Below are positions 53,942 through 64,000 of a stretch of 64,000 nt of DNA, piece by piece. Under the pieces are notes generated by a model. That model ran no database searches. It was not told the origin of the DNA and was given only the letters and a program-made list of their open reading frames with translations. The translations under genes were made by a program, and so were the position numbers. Origin of the DNA: Alphaproteobacteria bacterium (GTDB lineage Bacteria > Pseudomonadota > Alphaproteobacteria > RF32 > CAG-239); assembly GCA_045593845.1 (NCBI GenBank), contig JAZNXK010000004.1, positions 4,436-68,435 of the forward strand, in the 5' to 3' direction. Numbering within the stretch: the stretch's first letter is position 1; each line of letters begins with the position of its first letter.

Positions 53942-55648
53942 TTAATCAACTACATAAACGGCATAAACATCATTTTCATATACCAAAGTCCTCAATCTCG
54001 GCAAATTGGCATCAAAAACTTTGTTTATGATAATATAATCACCGGGAACCGCCTGTTCATACGAAAATTGTAAACCGGCATATCCACCGACCAAAAACTG
54101 TTTATAAAACTCGTCCATCTTCAGCACAATATCTCTATCCGGCAACAAAAGTTGCAAAGTTACCTTCCAACCTGTTGTCTTCCAAAAGACGGTATCAATC
54201 TTTTGTCTTGAGAAAAAGTGTATTGTCATCGGTTTATTTTGAACATTATATAAAAATTGATCCAACTGCATATATGATGCCCCTTGCGGATAAGCGCCAT
54301 TATCAAATTCGCGTCTCAACGGAGCTTTACTTTCAATAAATTCTACCAACTCACGTCTGGCAGCACCTTGCATATTGATAAAGAAGTCATAATTTTCATA
54401 CAAAGAAACTAAAGCAATCAGCGCCGCCAATATATATGCCACATTTTTACTCTTCAAATTATCAAAAATATAAAATGTACTGAAAACGGCAGGCAAATAT
54501 AGATAATACGATTCAGGATAATCCTGTGACGGCGCAATTTTTATCATAAACACGACATACACAACCAATAATGTCGAGGCAAGAAGTCCTCCTTCCATCA
54601 TCAAACACATATCAGAGAATTTCTTTTCATAAACTTTTCTTACAAAAAGAACTACTGCCACAACAAACAAGCACAATTCCAATGCATAAATTCTCAATAA
54701 ATCAGCCATATCAAAATAGTGCGTCATCAAATATCTGTTATTGCTCAACAGCGGGGTAGATAAATAATAAAAAATCACCCAAGTCAAAGCACTTACAAAA
54801 ACCAAAAATTCCACAGGCACAGCGGCAAGCTGTTTCCACGGTTTTTTCATCAAATCCAAAGAAAGTCTTCCGGTAAAAAGAGCCTCAACAAAGAAATACA
54901 AGCCATACCCGCCATAAAACAGCATAATCGTTTCTTTGCTATAGATTGCACAGTTCATAAAAAACAGGAACATGAACAAATACCCGGTTTTCTTGGTATT
55001 CTGATATTTATTCAAACCAATCAAACTGAGAAAAACAAAAATGGCTATGTTTTGCTCGGGAAATACAAAATTGTTTATACAAAATACCGCCGGAACAAAA
55101 TTTACTAATGCTACAAGATATAAACGCTTTGTTTTTTCAATAAAAGAAAAACATTTATACATCAAATACAAAACCAAAATTTGCTTCAATATGGAAAACA
55201 GACCGACCATCCAATAGTTATTGGTAATACCGAAAATAACATTACCGTCAACATGAGACAGCGGTGTAAAACGCCAATCTTTGAACACCGGCAATACACC
55301 AAAGGTTAAATTACGCATAAATCCGGGATTCATGGAATCAAAATTATTCAAAACCGATTGCTCTTCCATTGCAAAGCGAACAAGATAAAGCACAAAAGAA
55401 AGCAGCAACATGCCCCAAGCACAATACCAATTTTTCTTATTAAATTCCAAATTCTTTTCCGCACGTTCCGGAACAACCGCATAGCGATACTCATGGCTGA
55501 ACAAATATTTAGTCAATAGCCAACAAACAATCATACCCGCCAAAGTACCGATAAAATATTGATAGGCATTAAAATATTTGAAATAATGCTCAAAATTGCT
55601 GTATATGTGCGGCAAAATATTTTGATTAAACAATGGAATTTGATTCAT
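53942..55648 (-). CDS. Large polytopic membrane protein, putative GT-C-type (GtrC/ArnT-like) glycosyltransferase, copy 1
   Basis: 568 aa with more than 10 TM helices and a soluble C-terminal domain. It lies in a GtrA / GT2 / GtrB-like context. It is a paralog of 56520..58151. The fold assignment is an inference. Confidence 0.5.
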   Translation of the reverse strand: MNQIPLFNQNILPHIYSNFEHYFKYFNAYQYFIGTLAGMIVCWLLTKYLFSHEYRYAVVPERAEKNLEFNKKNWYCAWGMLLLSFVLYLVRFAMEEQSVLNNFDSMNPGFMRNLTFGVLPVFKDWRFTPLSHVDGNVIFGITNNYWMVGLFSILKQILVLYLMYKCFSFIEKTKRLYLVALVNFVPAVFCINNFVFPEQNIAIFVFLSLIGLNKYQNTKKTGYLFMFLFFMNCAIYSKETIMLFYGGYGLYFFVEALFTGRLSLDLMKKPWKQLAAVPVEFLVFVSALTWVIFYYLSTPLLSNNRYLMTHYFDMADLLRIYALELCLFVVAVVLFVRKVYEKKFSDMCLMMEGGLLASTLLVVYVVFMIKIAPSQDYPESYYLYLPAVFSTFYIFDNLKSKNVAYILAALIALVSLYENYDFFINMQGAARRELVEFIESKAPLRREFDNGAYPQGASYMQLDQFLYNVQNKPMTIHFFSRQKIDTVFWKTTGWKVTLQLLLPDRDIVLKMDEFYKQFLVGGYAGLQFSYEQAVPGDYIIINKVFDANLPRLRTLVYENDVYAVYVVD

Positions 55649-55663
55649 TGATATTTCCTTATA

Positions 55664-56491
55664 CTAGTTTACCCAAGGCTTAAACCATTTTAACAAAGGT
55701 TTATAGCGCAATTTTCTGATAATAATGAAGATATACGGATACCTAAACCTCGGGTGATACCCCAAAGCATCTTCAATATTTGATTTAATGATTTTATCCG
55801 CCTCTTTCATCAGCTTTTTCTTTTTCACTGAAAAATTATTGCCATGCAGATTATATTTAAACAAAACTTCTTGAATATTACAAATACGATAACCAGCCAT
55901 CAAAACCTGTCGAACCAAATCATAATCTTCGGAAGGCGTCAGTGCTTGATTATATTTTATGTTATTTTCTTTGATAACAGCGGCTCTTATCATCATTGTC
56001 GGATGCATACATGAATTTCCGCGCAAGGTCTCTTTTAAGGTAACCTCTGACGGCTGGCACCATACCAAACCGAGATTCGTAATAAATTTCTTAATATTTG
56101 CCATCACACCTTTTACCGGTCGCTTATTAAAAAGCTCTAACCAAGTTCCAACAATGGCAACATCAGGATGACTATCCAAAAAAGCAACTTGCTTCTCAAA
56201 CCTTTGCGGCAAAGATATATCATCATTATCCATCACTGCCAGATATTCTCCCTCCGCCAGTTCGACCAAACGATTTCTTGTTCCCGAAATTCCGAGATTA
56301 TGCTCATTTTTATAGTACTTAATTCTGCTGTCACTAAATTTTTGAATAACTTTTTCCGAGTCATCGGTTGAGGCATCATTCAGCAAAATCAACTCAAAAT
56401 CTTTAAAAGTCTGGCCTAAAACGCTATTTATTGTATCTTCCAAAAAATCCTGCGAATTATAAACCGGAACAAGTACCGAAACTTTTACCAT
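55664..56491 (-). CDS. Family 2 glycosyltransferase
   Basis: ATG 56491 (MVKVSVLVPVYNS) is preceded by GAGGA, and the track start 56509 is TTG. GT2 motifs are present (VPVYN, LNDASTD, MDNDD). Confidence 0.85.
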   Translation of the reverse strand: MVKVSVLVPVYNSQDFLEDTINSVLGQTFKDFELILLNDASTDDSEKVIQKFSDSRIKYYKNEHNLGISGTRNRLVELAEGEYLAVMDNDDISLPQRFEKQVAFLDSHPDVAIVGTWLELFNKRPVKGVMANIKKFITNLGLVWCQPSEVTLKETLRGNSCMHPTMMIRAAVIKENNIKYNQALTPSEDYDLVRQVLMAGYRICNIQEVLFKYNLHGNNFSVKKKKLMKEADKIIKSNIEDALGYHPRFRYPYIFIIIRKLRYKPLLKWFKPWVN

Positions 56492-56519
56492 AATATCCTC
56501 GCTATCCAAACATAAATGC

Positions 56520-58151
56520 CTAATTCACCAAATAAACATCATAAACTTTGTTCTTGTATATCAAATTTTTTGTTCCTTGCAAATCCGGATCCTTCTTCCT
56601 GTTGATAACAACATAATCTCCGCTTGCAAGCGGTTCATAAGAAATCCCCAAACTCTCAAAAGGACCTGTTAAAAATTGTTTATAAAACTTATCCATCTTA
56701 ACTCGAATTTTTCTGTCTCTCAACATCCACCAAAAACTTGCACTCCAACCCGTAGATTTCCAATAAACGGTATCAATCAACATATTTGCCGAATAAAAAT
56801 AGACAGTCATAGGAGGTTCAGTTGTATCCTGCTTTTTCGGAGCTTTTGTTTCAAAAAACTCCATCAACTCATACCTAATGTTACCTTCCATATTTGCATA
56901 AAAATTCCAATTTTGATATGCGGAGAAAACAGCAATCAGCAGAGCCAATTGCAATTTATCAGACTTCTGCTTGATATTTTCAAAAACATATACCGTACAA
57001 AAAACTGCCGGCAAGTACAAATAATACGATTCCGCACAATCTTGCGAAGGGGCAATTCTTAACACAACGGTTATATATATAGTCACAATTAAAGAGCCGA
57101 TAACACTTCCTTCCATAAACAAACACATATCATCAAATTGTTTTTTACGAATTTTCATCAGCAATAAAATCAACGCAGCCAACGTAATAATCAACTCGAC
57201 GGCATATATGCGCAACACATCAGCCATTGGTGTCGCGTGAGTTCGCAAATATCTGTTATTACTAATATCCGGAGTAACGGCATAATAAAGCACGAGCCAA
57301 ACCAGCATACTAACGAACATCAGCCATTCTATCGGCATTTTTTTCAATTGCAGCCAAGGCTTTTTTATCAACGACCGAGATATTCTGCCGCTTCTCATAC
57401 CATCATACAACAAATACAAGCCGCAACCGGCATAAAAAAGCATAACCGTTTCTTTGGTATAAATGGCGCAATTCATTGCAAATAAGAACAACAACAAATA
57501 TCTGTATGCACCGATTCTTTGAAATTTATCAATTCCTATCCAGCTCAACAAAACAAATATAATCACATTTTGTTCCGGAAATACTATATTGTTTACACTA
57601 AAAACCGCCGGAATAAAATTTATCAGCGCCAATAAATAAAAACGCTTTGTCTGCGGCACAAAATGTAAACACTTATACATAAGATAAAGCACCAAAATTT
57701 GTTTTAAGACACAATACAGACCTATCACAAAAAAATTATTGGTGATCCCATAAATCAACATGCCGTCAATATGCGAAAGCGGAGTAAATCTCCAATTCAT
57801 CATAATCGGCGTAATCCCGTGAATAATACTGCTTATAAAGCCGAAAGACATTGAATCAAAATTATTCAACACGGTCTGTTCTTCTGATGAAAAACGCAAT
57901 ACATAAAGCATAAAAGAAAATAACAAAAATATGAAAGCATCATCTTTGCCATTATTCTTTTCTTCTGTGGCAACAGGCTCAAAAGGCGAATATTTCACAA
58001 CAAAATAATGTTTCACCAACAACCAATTTACCAACAAAAAAGCCATGACCATCAGAAAGTATTTGTATACATCATGGGCCTTAAAGAAAAATAAAAAATT
58101 TTTGTAGATATGATTTAGCATATCAGGATTAAACAAAGGTATTTCGGTCAT
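56520..58151 (-). CDS. Large polytopic membrane protein, putative GT-C-type glycosyltransferase, copy 2
   Basis: ATG 58151 (MTEIPLFN...) is preceded by AGGAAA. It shares blocks with copy 1: EEQxVLNNFDSM, WRFTPLSHxDG, LKQILVLYLMYKC, VFPEQN, APSQD, YYLYLPAVF. Confidence 0.5.
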   Translation of the reverse strand: MTEIPLFNPDMLNHIYKNFLFFFKAHDVYKYFLMVMAFLLVNWLLVKHYFVVKYSPFEPVATEEKNNGKDDAFIFLLFSFMLYVLRFSSEEQTVLNNFDSMSFGFISSIIHGITPIMMNWRFTPLSHIDGMLIYGITNNFFVIGLYCVLKQILVLYLMYKCLHFVPQTKRFYLLALINFIPAVFSVNNIVFPEQNVIIFVLLSWIGIDKFQRIGAYRYLLLFLFAMNCAIYTKETVMLFYAGCGLYLLYDGMRSGRISRSLIKKPWLQLKKMPIEWLMFVSMLVWLVLYYAVTPDISNNRYLRTHATPMADVLRIYAVELIITLAALILLLMKIRKKQFDDMCLFMEGSVIGSLIVTIYITVVLRIAPSQDCAESYYLYLPAVFCTVYVFENIKQKSDKLQLALLIAVFSAYQNWNFYANMEGNIRYELMEFFETKAPKKQDTTEPPMTVYFYSANMLIDTVYWKSTGWSASFWWMLRDRKIRVKMDKFYKQFLTGPFESLGISYEPLASGDYVVINRKKDPDLQGTKNLIYKNKVYDVYLVN

Positions 58152-58343
58152 AAATTTTCCTTTTTTACACAAAACATGTTGCCAACTTTTCCGCATATTC
58201 CTTGAAAGATAAGCATACCAAAGAATGTTAATCTATATTGACTTGACAAACACAATCAAAACAAATTATGATTTTTCTATCATAACAAAAAAAGCTTGTC
58301 TATTGCAAAGCTTTCTATCCACATATTTTTGAGGAGACATCAT

Positions 58344-59288
58344 ATGAAAAAATTATTGATTGTAATTCCTTGCTACAACGAGGAAGAAGTTCTGCCTTCC
58401 ACTTTTTCAACCATATCTGCACTTCTGCAAAAAATGATTGACCAAAAGCTCATTTCTCCCGATAGCCGCGCCCATTTTGTTAACGACGGCAGTCGCGATA
58501 AAACTTGGGAAATCTTATCTGCCGAATGTGCAAAAAATCCTCTCTTTGAGGCTTCAAAACTTTCACGCAATTTTGGTCACCAAGGAGCAATTTTGGCCGG
58601 TATGTATGATAATGATGCTGACTTATATTGCACCATTGATGCCGATTTGCAAGACGACCCGAATTGCATAATCGAAATGGTACAGAAAATTGACCAAGGA
58701 AACGATATAGTTTACGGTGTTCGCAAAAAACGTGATACCGATACGTTTTTCAAACGTTTTACTGCACAAGCCTTTTATAAGGTTATGTCCTGGCTTGGCG
58801 TAAAAGTTATTTACAATCATGCTGATTTTCGTATGATGACCAAACGTACCGTTGAGCAATTAAAACAATTTCCCGAGCGCAACCTGTTTTTGCGTGCTGT
58901 TGTACCGTTGGTAGGTTTCAAATCTGATATGGTATATTATGACCGCACACCTCGTTTGGCCGGCGAAACTAAATATCCTTTGAAAAAAATGTTGGCTTTT
59001 GCATGGAACGGAATTTCCAGTTTTTCAATCGTTCCGTTGCGCTTGGTTACATTAATGGGCTTCTTTATCTCATTCCTCGGCGCATGTTTTGTAATCAAAA
59101 TTTTCTTAAACTATAATATTCACGGAGCCATTTCCGGTTGGGCATCAACCGTGACCTTAATCACCATTTTCAGCGGTGTTCAAATGGTATCACTGGGCAT
59201 AATCGGCGAATATATCGCCAAAATCTTTGTCGAAGTAAAACAAAGACCGCTTTATATCGTTGAAGAAAAGCTATCCAACAAAAAATAA
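58344..59288 (+). CDS. GtrB/ArnC-like polyprenyl-phosphate glycosyltransferase (GT2 with C-terminal TM helices)
   Basis: ATG 58344 is preceded by GAGGAG. It has the motifs IPCYNEEE, VNDGSRD and IDADLQDDP, plus two C-terminal TM helices. Confidence 0.85.
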   Translation: MKKLLIVIPCYNEEEVLPSTFSTISALLQKMIDQKLISPDSRAHFVNDGSRDKTWEILSAECAKNPLFEASKLSRNFGHQGAILAGMYDNDADLYCTIDADLQDDPNCIIEMVQKIDQGNDIVYGVRKKRDTDTFFKRFTAQAFYKVMSWLGVKVIYNHADFRMMTKRTVEQLKQFPERNLFLRAVVPLVGFKSDMVYYDRTPRLAGETKYPLKKMLAFAWNGISSFSIVPLRLVTLMGFFISFLGACFVIKIFLNYNIHGAISGWASTVTLITIFSGVQMVSLGIIGEYIAKIFVEVKQRPLYIVEEKLSNKK

Positions 59289-59302
59289 ACAAAAAGCAAA
59301 AG

Positions 59303-59331
59303 AAAAGCCTCGAAATATCGAGGCTTTTTTT
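59303..59331. terminator. Bidirectional terminator between the gtrB-like gene and convergent rpoD
   Basis: Stem AAAAGCCTCG (59303-59312) / CGAGGCTTTT (59319-59328) plus a T-run. Confidence 0.75.
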
Positions 59332-59332
59332 A

Positions 59333-61417
59333 TTATTGATCCAAGAATGAACGCAACTTTCTCGACCTGCTCGGATGCTTCAATTTGCGCAGAGCTTTTG
59401 CCTCAATCTGACGAATACGCTCACGCGTAACATTAAACTGTTGTCCGACTTCCTCCAAAGTATGATCAGAGTTCATACCGATTCCGAAGCGCATTCTCAA
59501 AACACGTTCTTCCCTAGGTGTGAGAGAAGACAATATTCTCGTGCATGTTTCCTTCAAATTTGAATGAATTGCAGAATCTAAAGGCTGCAAAGCACTCTCA
59601 TCCGGAATAAAATCACCGAGAGAAGAATCTTCTTCATCACCGACCGGTGCTTCCAAACTGACCGGCTCTTTGGCAATTTTCATCACTTTACGCACTTTCT
59701 CAAGCGGCATAGACAATCTTGCCGCCAACTCTTCAGGCACCGGCTCGCGCCCCATCTCGGACAACATCTGTCGAGAAGTGCGGACCAGCTTGTTGATAGT
59801 CTCTATCATATGCACCGGAATACGAATTGTGCGCGCTTGATCTGCAATAGAGCGTGTAATCGCCTGACGTATCCACCAAGTTGCATAAGTCGAAAACTTA
59901 TAACCGCGGCGATATTCAAACTTGTCAACCGCTTTCATAAGACCGATATTACCCTCTTGAATAAGGTCCAAAAACTGCAAACCACGATTTGTATATTTCT
60001 TGGCAATAGAGATAACCAAACGCAAATTTGCTTCAATCATTTCTTTTTTGGCTCTTTCCGACTCTCTTTCGCCTTTTTTAATCGTATCAACCATACGGCG
60101 ATATTCGTTAATCGGCAAACCGCACTCTTGAGCCATTTGCGCAACACTTTCGCGAAGCTCAAGAATTTCAGCCCCATATTTACTTACAAACTCTTGCCAA
60201 TGTTTGTCTTTCTTGCGAGAAACGACATTAAGCCAATCCGGAGACAACTCCGATTGCTGATATTCCTGTAAAAAGTCCTCACGTTTAATCTTACAAGCCA
60301 GCGCATAACGCAGAAGTTTTCCTTCCAATCCCATCAAGCGCTTATTAAGCTCATTCAATTGCTCAACCAATTGCTCGATACGGCTTGCATTCATATGAAT
60401 AGAACTCATCAACTCAACAAGTTCTTTCTTGACCTGAATATATTCTTTTTCCAACGCCGGTTTTAATTCTTTACCTGAAATAATTGCCGCAACTCTTTGA
60501 TTTTGAATCTTTTTTAAATCATCATAATAACTCGAAATTTTGCTCAATATCTCCAAAACAGGATCCCACAGAGCCTCTTCCATGGCGGTAATAGAGGCCG
60601 AAGAATGACCGCCCATACCATCATCATCCTCATCATCAGAGTCTATATCATCGCTTTCGGCATCTTGATTATCGTCCTCTTGTCCCAACTCTTCATCAAC
60701 ATCATCAGAGTCGTCAACCGTATCCTGCAAATCCATATCTTCGCCGAGGTCATCATCCAAATCATCAAGACTGTCTTCTTTATCGGCAATTTCTTTTGTA
60801 ACTTTTTCCAAATCTTCAACCGCTGAAGAATTATCATCGTCATCAAAAACTATTGCTTCCGGATCGTCACCATACATCATTTCAAGATCGACAACATCCC
60901 TAAGCTGCATTGAGCCGTTCAACAAATCATCGCGCCAAGAAGCAATTGCCTTAATTGTCATCGGGCTTTCGCACAAACCGTCAATCATCACGGTTTTTCC
61001 CGCCTCAATTCTCTTGGCTATGGCAATTTCACCTTCTCTAGACAACAGCTCGACACTGCCCATTTCGCGCAGATACATTCTAACGGGATCATCATATCTG
61101 CCTATTTCTTTTTCATCAAAATTTCCGGATTCATCATCTTCTTCGCCGAGTTCGACTTCGTCATCAGCATCGCTGACTTCAGAATCCGTTTCTGAAACAA
61201 TACTAATCCCCATATCGGAGATTTCAGCCATAATATCTTCAATTTGTTCGGAAGATTCTTTATCTGCCGCCAAAGCTCTATTCAGCTCTTCAACTGTAAT
61301 AAAACCGCGGTCTTTACCTTTTTTTACAACATTCTTAACAGCACTGCCAAGGCTGTCAATCAAAGGCGCATCTGCTGCACCCGACTCGTAAAAATCTTGA
61401 TTTTCTGCGTCCGACAT
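59333..61417 (-). CDS. rpoD: RNA polymerase primary sigma factor
   Basis: ATG 61417 (MSDAENQDF...) is preceded by AGGAAA. Regions 1.1 to 4.2 are recognisable ([39 protein letters not shown]). A long acidic non-conserved insert is present. Confidence 0.96.
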   Translation of the reverse strand: MSDAENQDFYESGAADAPLIDSLGSAVKNVVKKGKDRGFITVEELNRALAADKESSEQIEDIMAEISDMGISIVSETDSEVSDADDEVELGEEDDESGNFDEKEIGRYDDPVRMYLREMGSVELLSREGEIAIAKRIEAGKTVMIDGLCESPMTIKAIASWRDDLLNGSMQLRDVVDLEMMYGDDPEAIVFDDDDNSSAVEDLEKVTKEIADKEDSLDDLDDDLGEDMDLQDTVDDSDDVDEELGQEDDNQDAESDDIDSDDEDDDGMGGHSSASITAMEEALWDPVLEILSKISSYYDDLKKIQNQRVAAIISGKELKPALEKEYIQVKKELVELMSSIHMNASRIEQLVEQLNELNKRLMGLEGKLLRYALACKIKREDFLQEYQQSELSPDWLNVVSRKKDKHWQEFVSKYGAEILELRESVAQMAQECGLPINEYRRMVDTIKKGERESERAKKEMIEANLRLVISIAKKYTNRGLQFLDLIQEGNIGLMKAVDKFEYRRGYKFSTYATWWIRQAITRSIADQARTIRIPVHMIETINKLVRTSRQMLSEMGREPVPEELAARLSMPLEKVRKVMKIAKEPVSLEAPVGDEEDSSLGDFIPDESALQPLDSAIHSNLKETCTRILSSLTPREERVLRMRFGIGMNSDHTLEEVGQQFNVTRERIRQIEAKALRKLKHPSRSRKLRSFLDQ

Positions 61418-61592
61418 TATTTTTCCTAAAAATCGATTCCCCTCTGCCCAAAACAATATAAGGGCAAATTTTAAGCTAGCGGCTATTTTTTAACTATTTT
61501 TTAGTTATTTGTCAACAAATGGTTTATCAAAAATATTTATTTCTTAACTTTTTATTTTAAACAATATAGGTATTTCTAGGGCTACACAAGAT

Positions 61593-63392
61593 TTATAATT
61601 TTTTTTCGGCCAACAAATTTTGTCTGTCTTTTTTCAAATTTTCGAGCTTTTCATAAAGCTCATCAGCGAACGACTCGGAATTTTCCATCTTAAAAACACA
61701 TTCTTTTATTTCTTTTTCAATTTGTCCGAGCTGCATTTCTAATATTTTATTATTCAACTCTTCTCGCAAACGCAAAATCCCCAAATTTTGCTGTTTCAGC
61801 ATTTTCAACTCCCACAAGGACAGTGCAAACTTGTCCAATCCCTGCTTTTTTAACTCCTCCCACAAATCTTCGGCACTGATATGATCAAAATCGTGACTTA
61901 TATCGCACAATTTTTCCCAAAAAACATTCAATCCGGTATCTCTGATTGCAAACATTCCGATTTTTTCTTCAAATTCACCGATAAGCTGGGGATAACAGAC
62001 AAATGCCGCCAAAATAAAGCGCACAACTTTTTCATCCAAATCCCTTTTTATGCCGATTTTAAGAATATTCTTTTTACTGCCAACTTCTTTTTCTTTTCCG
62101 GCCTGAACAACAGTTCTAATCCCGCCGCGCAGTTCCTTATAAATTCGATTGCGCATATCCTGCAGATAATAACCGCGCACTTTTTCGTCGGTAATTTTTG
62201 CAACTTCATCATAAATATTTTTCTCAAACTTGGCTTTTTGCTCCGGTGTATCCGTGGACTGCAACTGCATATTTTTCCGCCACAAAAGCTCGGCCAAAGG
62301 CATGGTATTATCAAGCATTTTGGCATACTCTTCCGCACCTTTTGCTTTTAAAAACTCATCAGGGTCCATCTTATCCGGCAAAAACACATATTTGAGCGAA
62401 TATCCCGCCTTCAAAATCGGCAAAACCCTGTCCACCGAACGCACAGCCGCCCTAATACCTGCGCCGTCTCCGTCAAAACAAAGTGTCGGTTCAGGACAAA
62501 TTTTCCAAGCCTCTTGTATTTGATCTTCGGTCAAGGCTGTTCCTAAAGGTGCCACCGCATATTCAAAACCATACTTCGCCTGAGCGATAACATCCATATA
62601 ACCTTCGCAAATGACAATTTTTTTGTTTTCATAAGCCTTATCACGAGCAAAATTCAAATTATAAAGCACTTTACGTTTATTAAAAATCGGGGTTTCCGGC
62701 GAGTTTAAATATTTCGGCTGTTCATTTCCCATAACTCTTCCGCCAAAACCGATAATCCTTGAGCGCTTATCCATAATCGGAATAATCACTCTGTTTCTGA
62801 AAAAGTCATAAGTTTTAGAGTTTTTCTCTGACAAAACCGCCAGTCCCAGCTCTATCATATCGCTTTCCGAAACATTTTTCGAGGCAAGATAAGCCGTCAA
62901 TCCGTTATTATCCGGTGCATATCCCAAGCGAAATTTTTTAATTATACTTTCCTCAAAACCTCTGCCCGTAAGATATGCCAAGGCCTCTGCCCCCACCGGC
63001 AAGCGAAGATTTTTTTCAAAAAATCCGACTGCCAATTCCATAATTTCATACCAAGAACTGCGCTGCTTGCTTTCTTCTGCGTCCTCATGAGAAAACTTTG
63101 GCACTTGCAAACCTGCTTTGTTCGCCAATTTTGTGACCGCATCCATAAACGGCAAACCGTTTGCCTCCATCTCAAACTTAATCACATCACCATGAGCACC
63201 GCAACCGAAGCAGTGATAAAAACCTTTCGCCTCATTAACCGTAAAAGAAGGAGTTTTTTCGTTATGAAAAGGACACAAACCGGTATATTCGCGCCCTTTG
63301 CGCACCAATTTTACTTTTGCGCCGATAACGTCGCTCAAAGAAACTTTGGCTCTTATCTCATCCAAAAATCTGTAAAAATCGGTGTTTTCCAT
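61593..63392 (-). CDS. dnaG: DNA primase
   Basis: 599 aa with the zinc ribbon CPFHNEKTPSFTV...YHCFGCGAHGD and the TOPRIM motifs EGYMDV and DGDGAG. Confidence 0.95.
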   Translation of the reverse strand: MENTDFYRFLDEIRAKVSLSDVIGAKVKLVRKGREYTGLCPFHNEKTPSFTVNEAKGFYHCFGCGAHGDVIKFEMEANGLPFMDAVTKLANKAGLQVPKFSHEDAEESKQRSSWYEIMELAVGFFEKNLRLPVGAEALAYLTGRGFEESIIKKFRLGYAPDNNGLTAYLASKNVSESDMIELGLAVLSEKNSKTYDFFRNRVIIPIMDKRSRIIGFGGRVMGNEQPKYLNSPETPIFNKRKVLYNLNFARDKAYENKKIVICEGYMDVIAQAKYGFEYAVAPLGTALTEDQIQEAWKICPEPTLCFDGDGAGIRAAVRSVDRVLPILKAGYSLKYVFLPDKMDPDEFLKAKGAEEYAKMLDNTMPLAELLWRKNMQLQSTDTPEQKAKFEKNIYDEVAKITDEKVRGYYLQDMRNRIYKELRGGIRTVVQAGKEKEVGSKKNILKIGIKRDLDEKVVRFILAAFVCYPQLIGEFEEKIGMFAIRDTGLNVFWEKLCDISHDFDHISAEDLWEELKKQGLDKFALSLWELKMLKQQNLGILRLREELNNKILEMQLGQIEKEIKECVFKMENSESFADELYEKLENLKKDRQNLLAEKKL

Positions 63393-63400
63393 AACTTTCC

Positions 63401-63856
63401 TTATTTATTCAAAGCTGCCTTAATTTTGCCGCTTGCCGAGCCAAAATCCATCTGTCCGGCATATTTTTCGCGCATTTTTGCCATAACTGCACCCATATCT
63501 TTCATTGAACTTGCGCCTAATTCGGTTATAACTGCCGCAATCGCAGCATCAACTTCTGCATCAGACATTTGCTTCGGCAAAAAGCCTTCAATAATCTTAA
63601 TTTCTAACTCTTCTTTTTCCGCCAATTCCGGTCTGTTGCCGTCACGATACATTTTTGCCGATTCCTGACGTTGTTTAATCATTGTCTGCATCATCGACAT
63701 CAAATCAGCTTCCGCCGCACATTCCTTGCCTTTTCCTCTGGCATCAACATCTTTTTCCTTAATACCGGCCAAAATCATTCTGGCAGTGCTTAATTTTTCT
63801 GCCTCATGGTTTTTCATAGCTTCTTTAATAGCATTTTGCACTTCGTCTCTTAACAT
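63401..63856 (-). CDS. GatB/YqeY domain protein
   Basis: ATG 63856 (MLRDEVQNAIKEAMKN...) is preceded by GGAGG. It sits in the conserved position upstream of dnaG-rpoD. Confidence 0.8.
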   Translation of the reverse strand: MLRDEVQNAIKEAMKNHEAEKLSTARMILAGIKEKDVDARGKGKECAAEADLMSMMQTMIKQRQESAKMYRDGNRPELAEKEELEIKIIEGFLPKQMSDAEVDAAIAAVITELGASSMKDMGAVMAKMREKYAGQMDFGSASGKIKAALNK

Positions 63857-63925
63857 TTTTTCCTCCAATAACAAAATTTATTGCTTATACCAATACACTC
63901 ATCAACATTTAAAAGCAACAAAAAA

Positions 63926-63967
63926 CGCATTTCTCCCCTTTTTAGGGAAAGAAATGCGCTTTCTTTT
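63926..63967. terminator. Hairpin with flanking A-run and T-run; probably the terminator of a gene beyond the right edge
   Basis: Stem CGCATTTCT (63926-63934) / AGAAATGCG (63950-63958), with a further 3 bp after a 2-nt bulge. A-rich sequence lies upstream and T-rich sequence downstream. Confidence 0.4.
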
Positions 63968-64000
63968 AATTTTCATTTTTGAAAATTTTGCTCATTAACC

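Noticed and set aside
60590-60850. An extremely acidic Asp/Glu-rich stretch inside rpoD
   Set aside because: This is the known non-conserved acidic region between sigma regions 1.2 and 2 of primary sigma factors, which is long in alphaproteobacteria. It is not a novel insertion.

Overview
AT-rich bacterial chromosome segment that I assign to an alphaproteobacterium. The assignment rests on MipZ and on conserved synteny blocks: miaB-phoH-ybeY-corC-lnt-XRE-metK-trmB, yggT-DUF167-folD, divergent mfd/recG, and yqeY-dnaG-rpoD. I call 62 protein-coding genes (one open to the left edge and absent from the ORF track) and one tRNA-Arg(UCU). I see no rRNA, CRISPR array, transposase, integrase or prophage. 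Most of the window is housekeeping core, but several small accessory islets interrupt it. (1) The most unusual islet is 8.18-10.63 kb, directly after alaS. It holds three paralogous cassettes, each a consensus promoter, a conserved leader, a 2-TM microprotein and a terminator. The conserved C-terminal peptide of each microprotein is encoded by the terminator hairpin itself. The cassettes surround a 407-aa protein built from 13 tandem 29-aa repeats, and that gene is bracketed by imperfect inverted repeats. (2) Two paralogous TerB-like genes (11428-11856 on +, 17524-17952 on -) are each coupled to orphan proteins. They converge on the yggT-DUF167-folD core. Next to them lies an 816-aa HExxH protein driven by a perfect TTGACA-N17-TATAAT promoter. 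(3) A tandem family of three small secreted or anchored proteins sits at 35.25-36.74 kb, each with its own terminator. (4) A Gtr-like glycan-modification cluster carries a duplicated large polytopic membrane protein (53.5-59.3 kb). Other duplications and eukaryote-like content are a tandem ArsB/NhaD permease pair and a small ankyrin-repeat protein. All family calls come from motif recognition by eye and from gene order. No database search was run. Several ORF-track starts are TTG or GTG extensions, and I trimmed them to ATG codons that have Shine-Dalgarno support.
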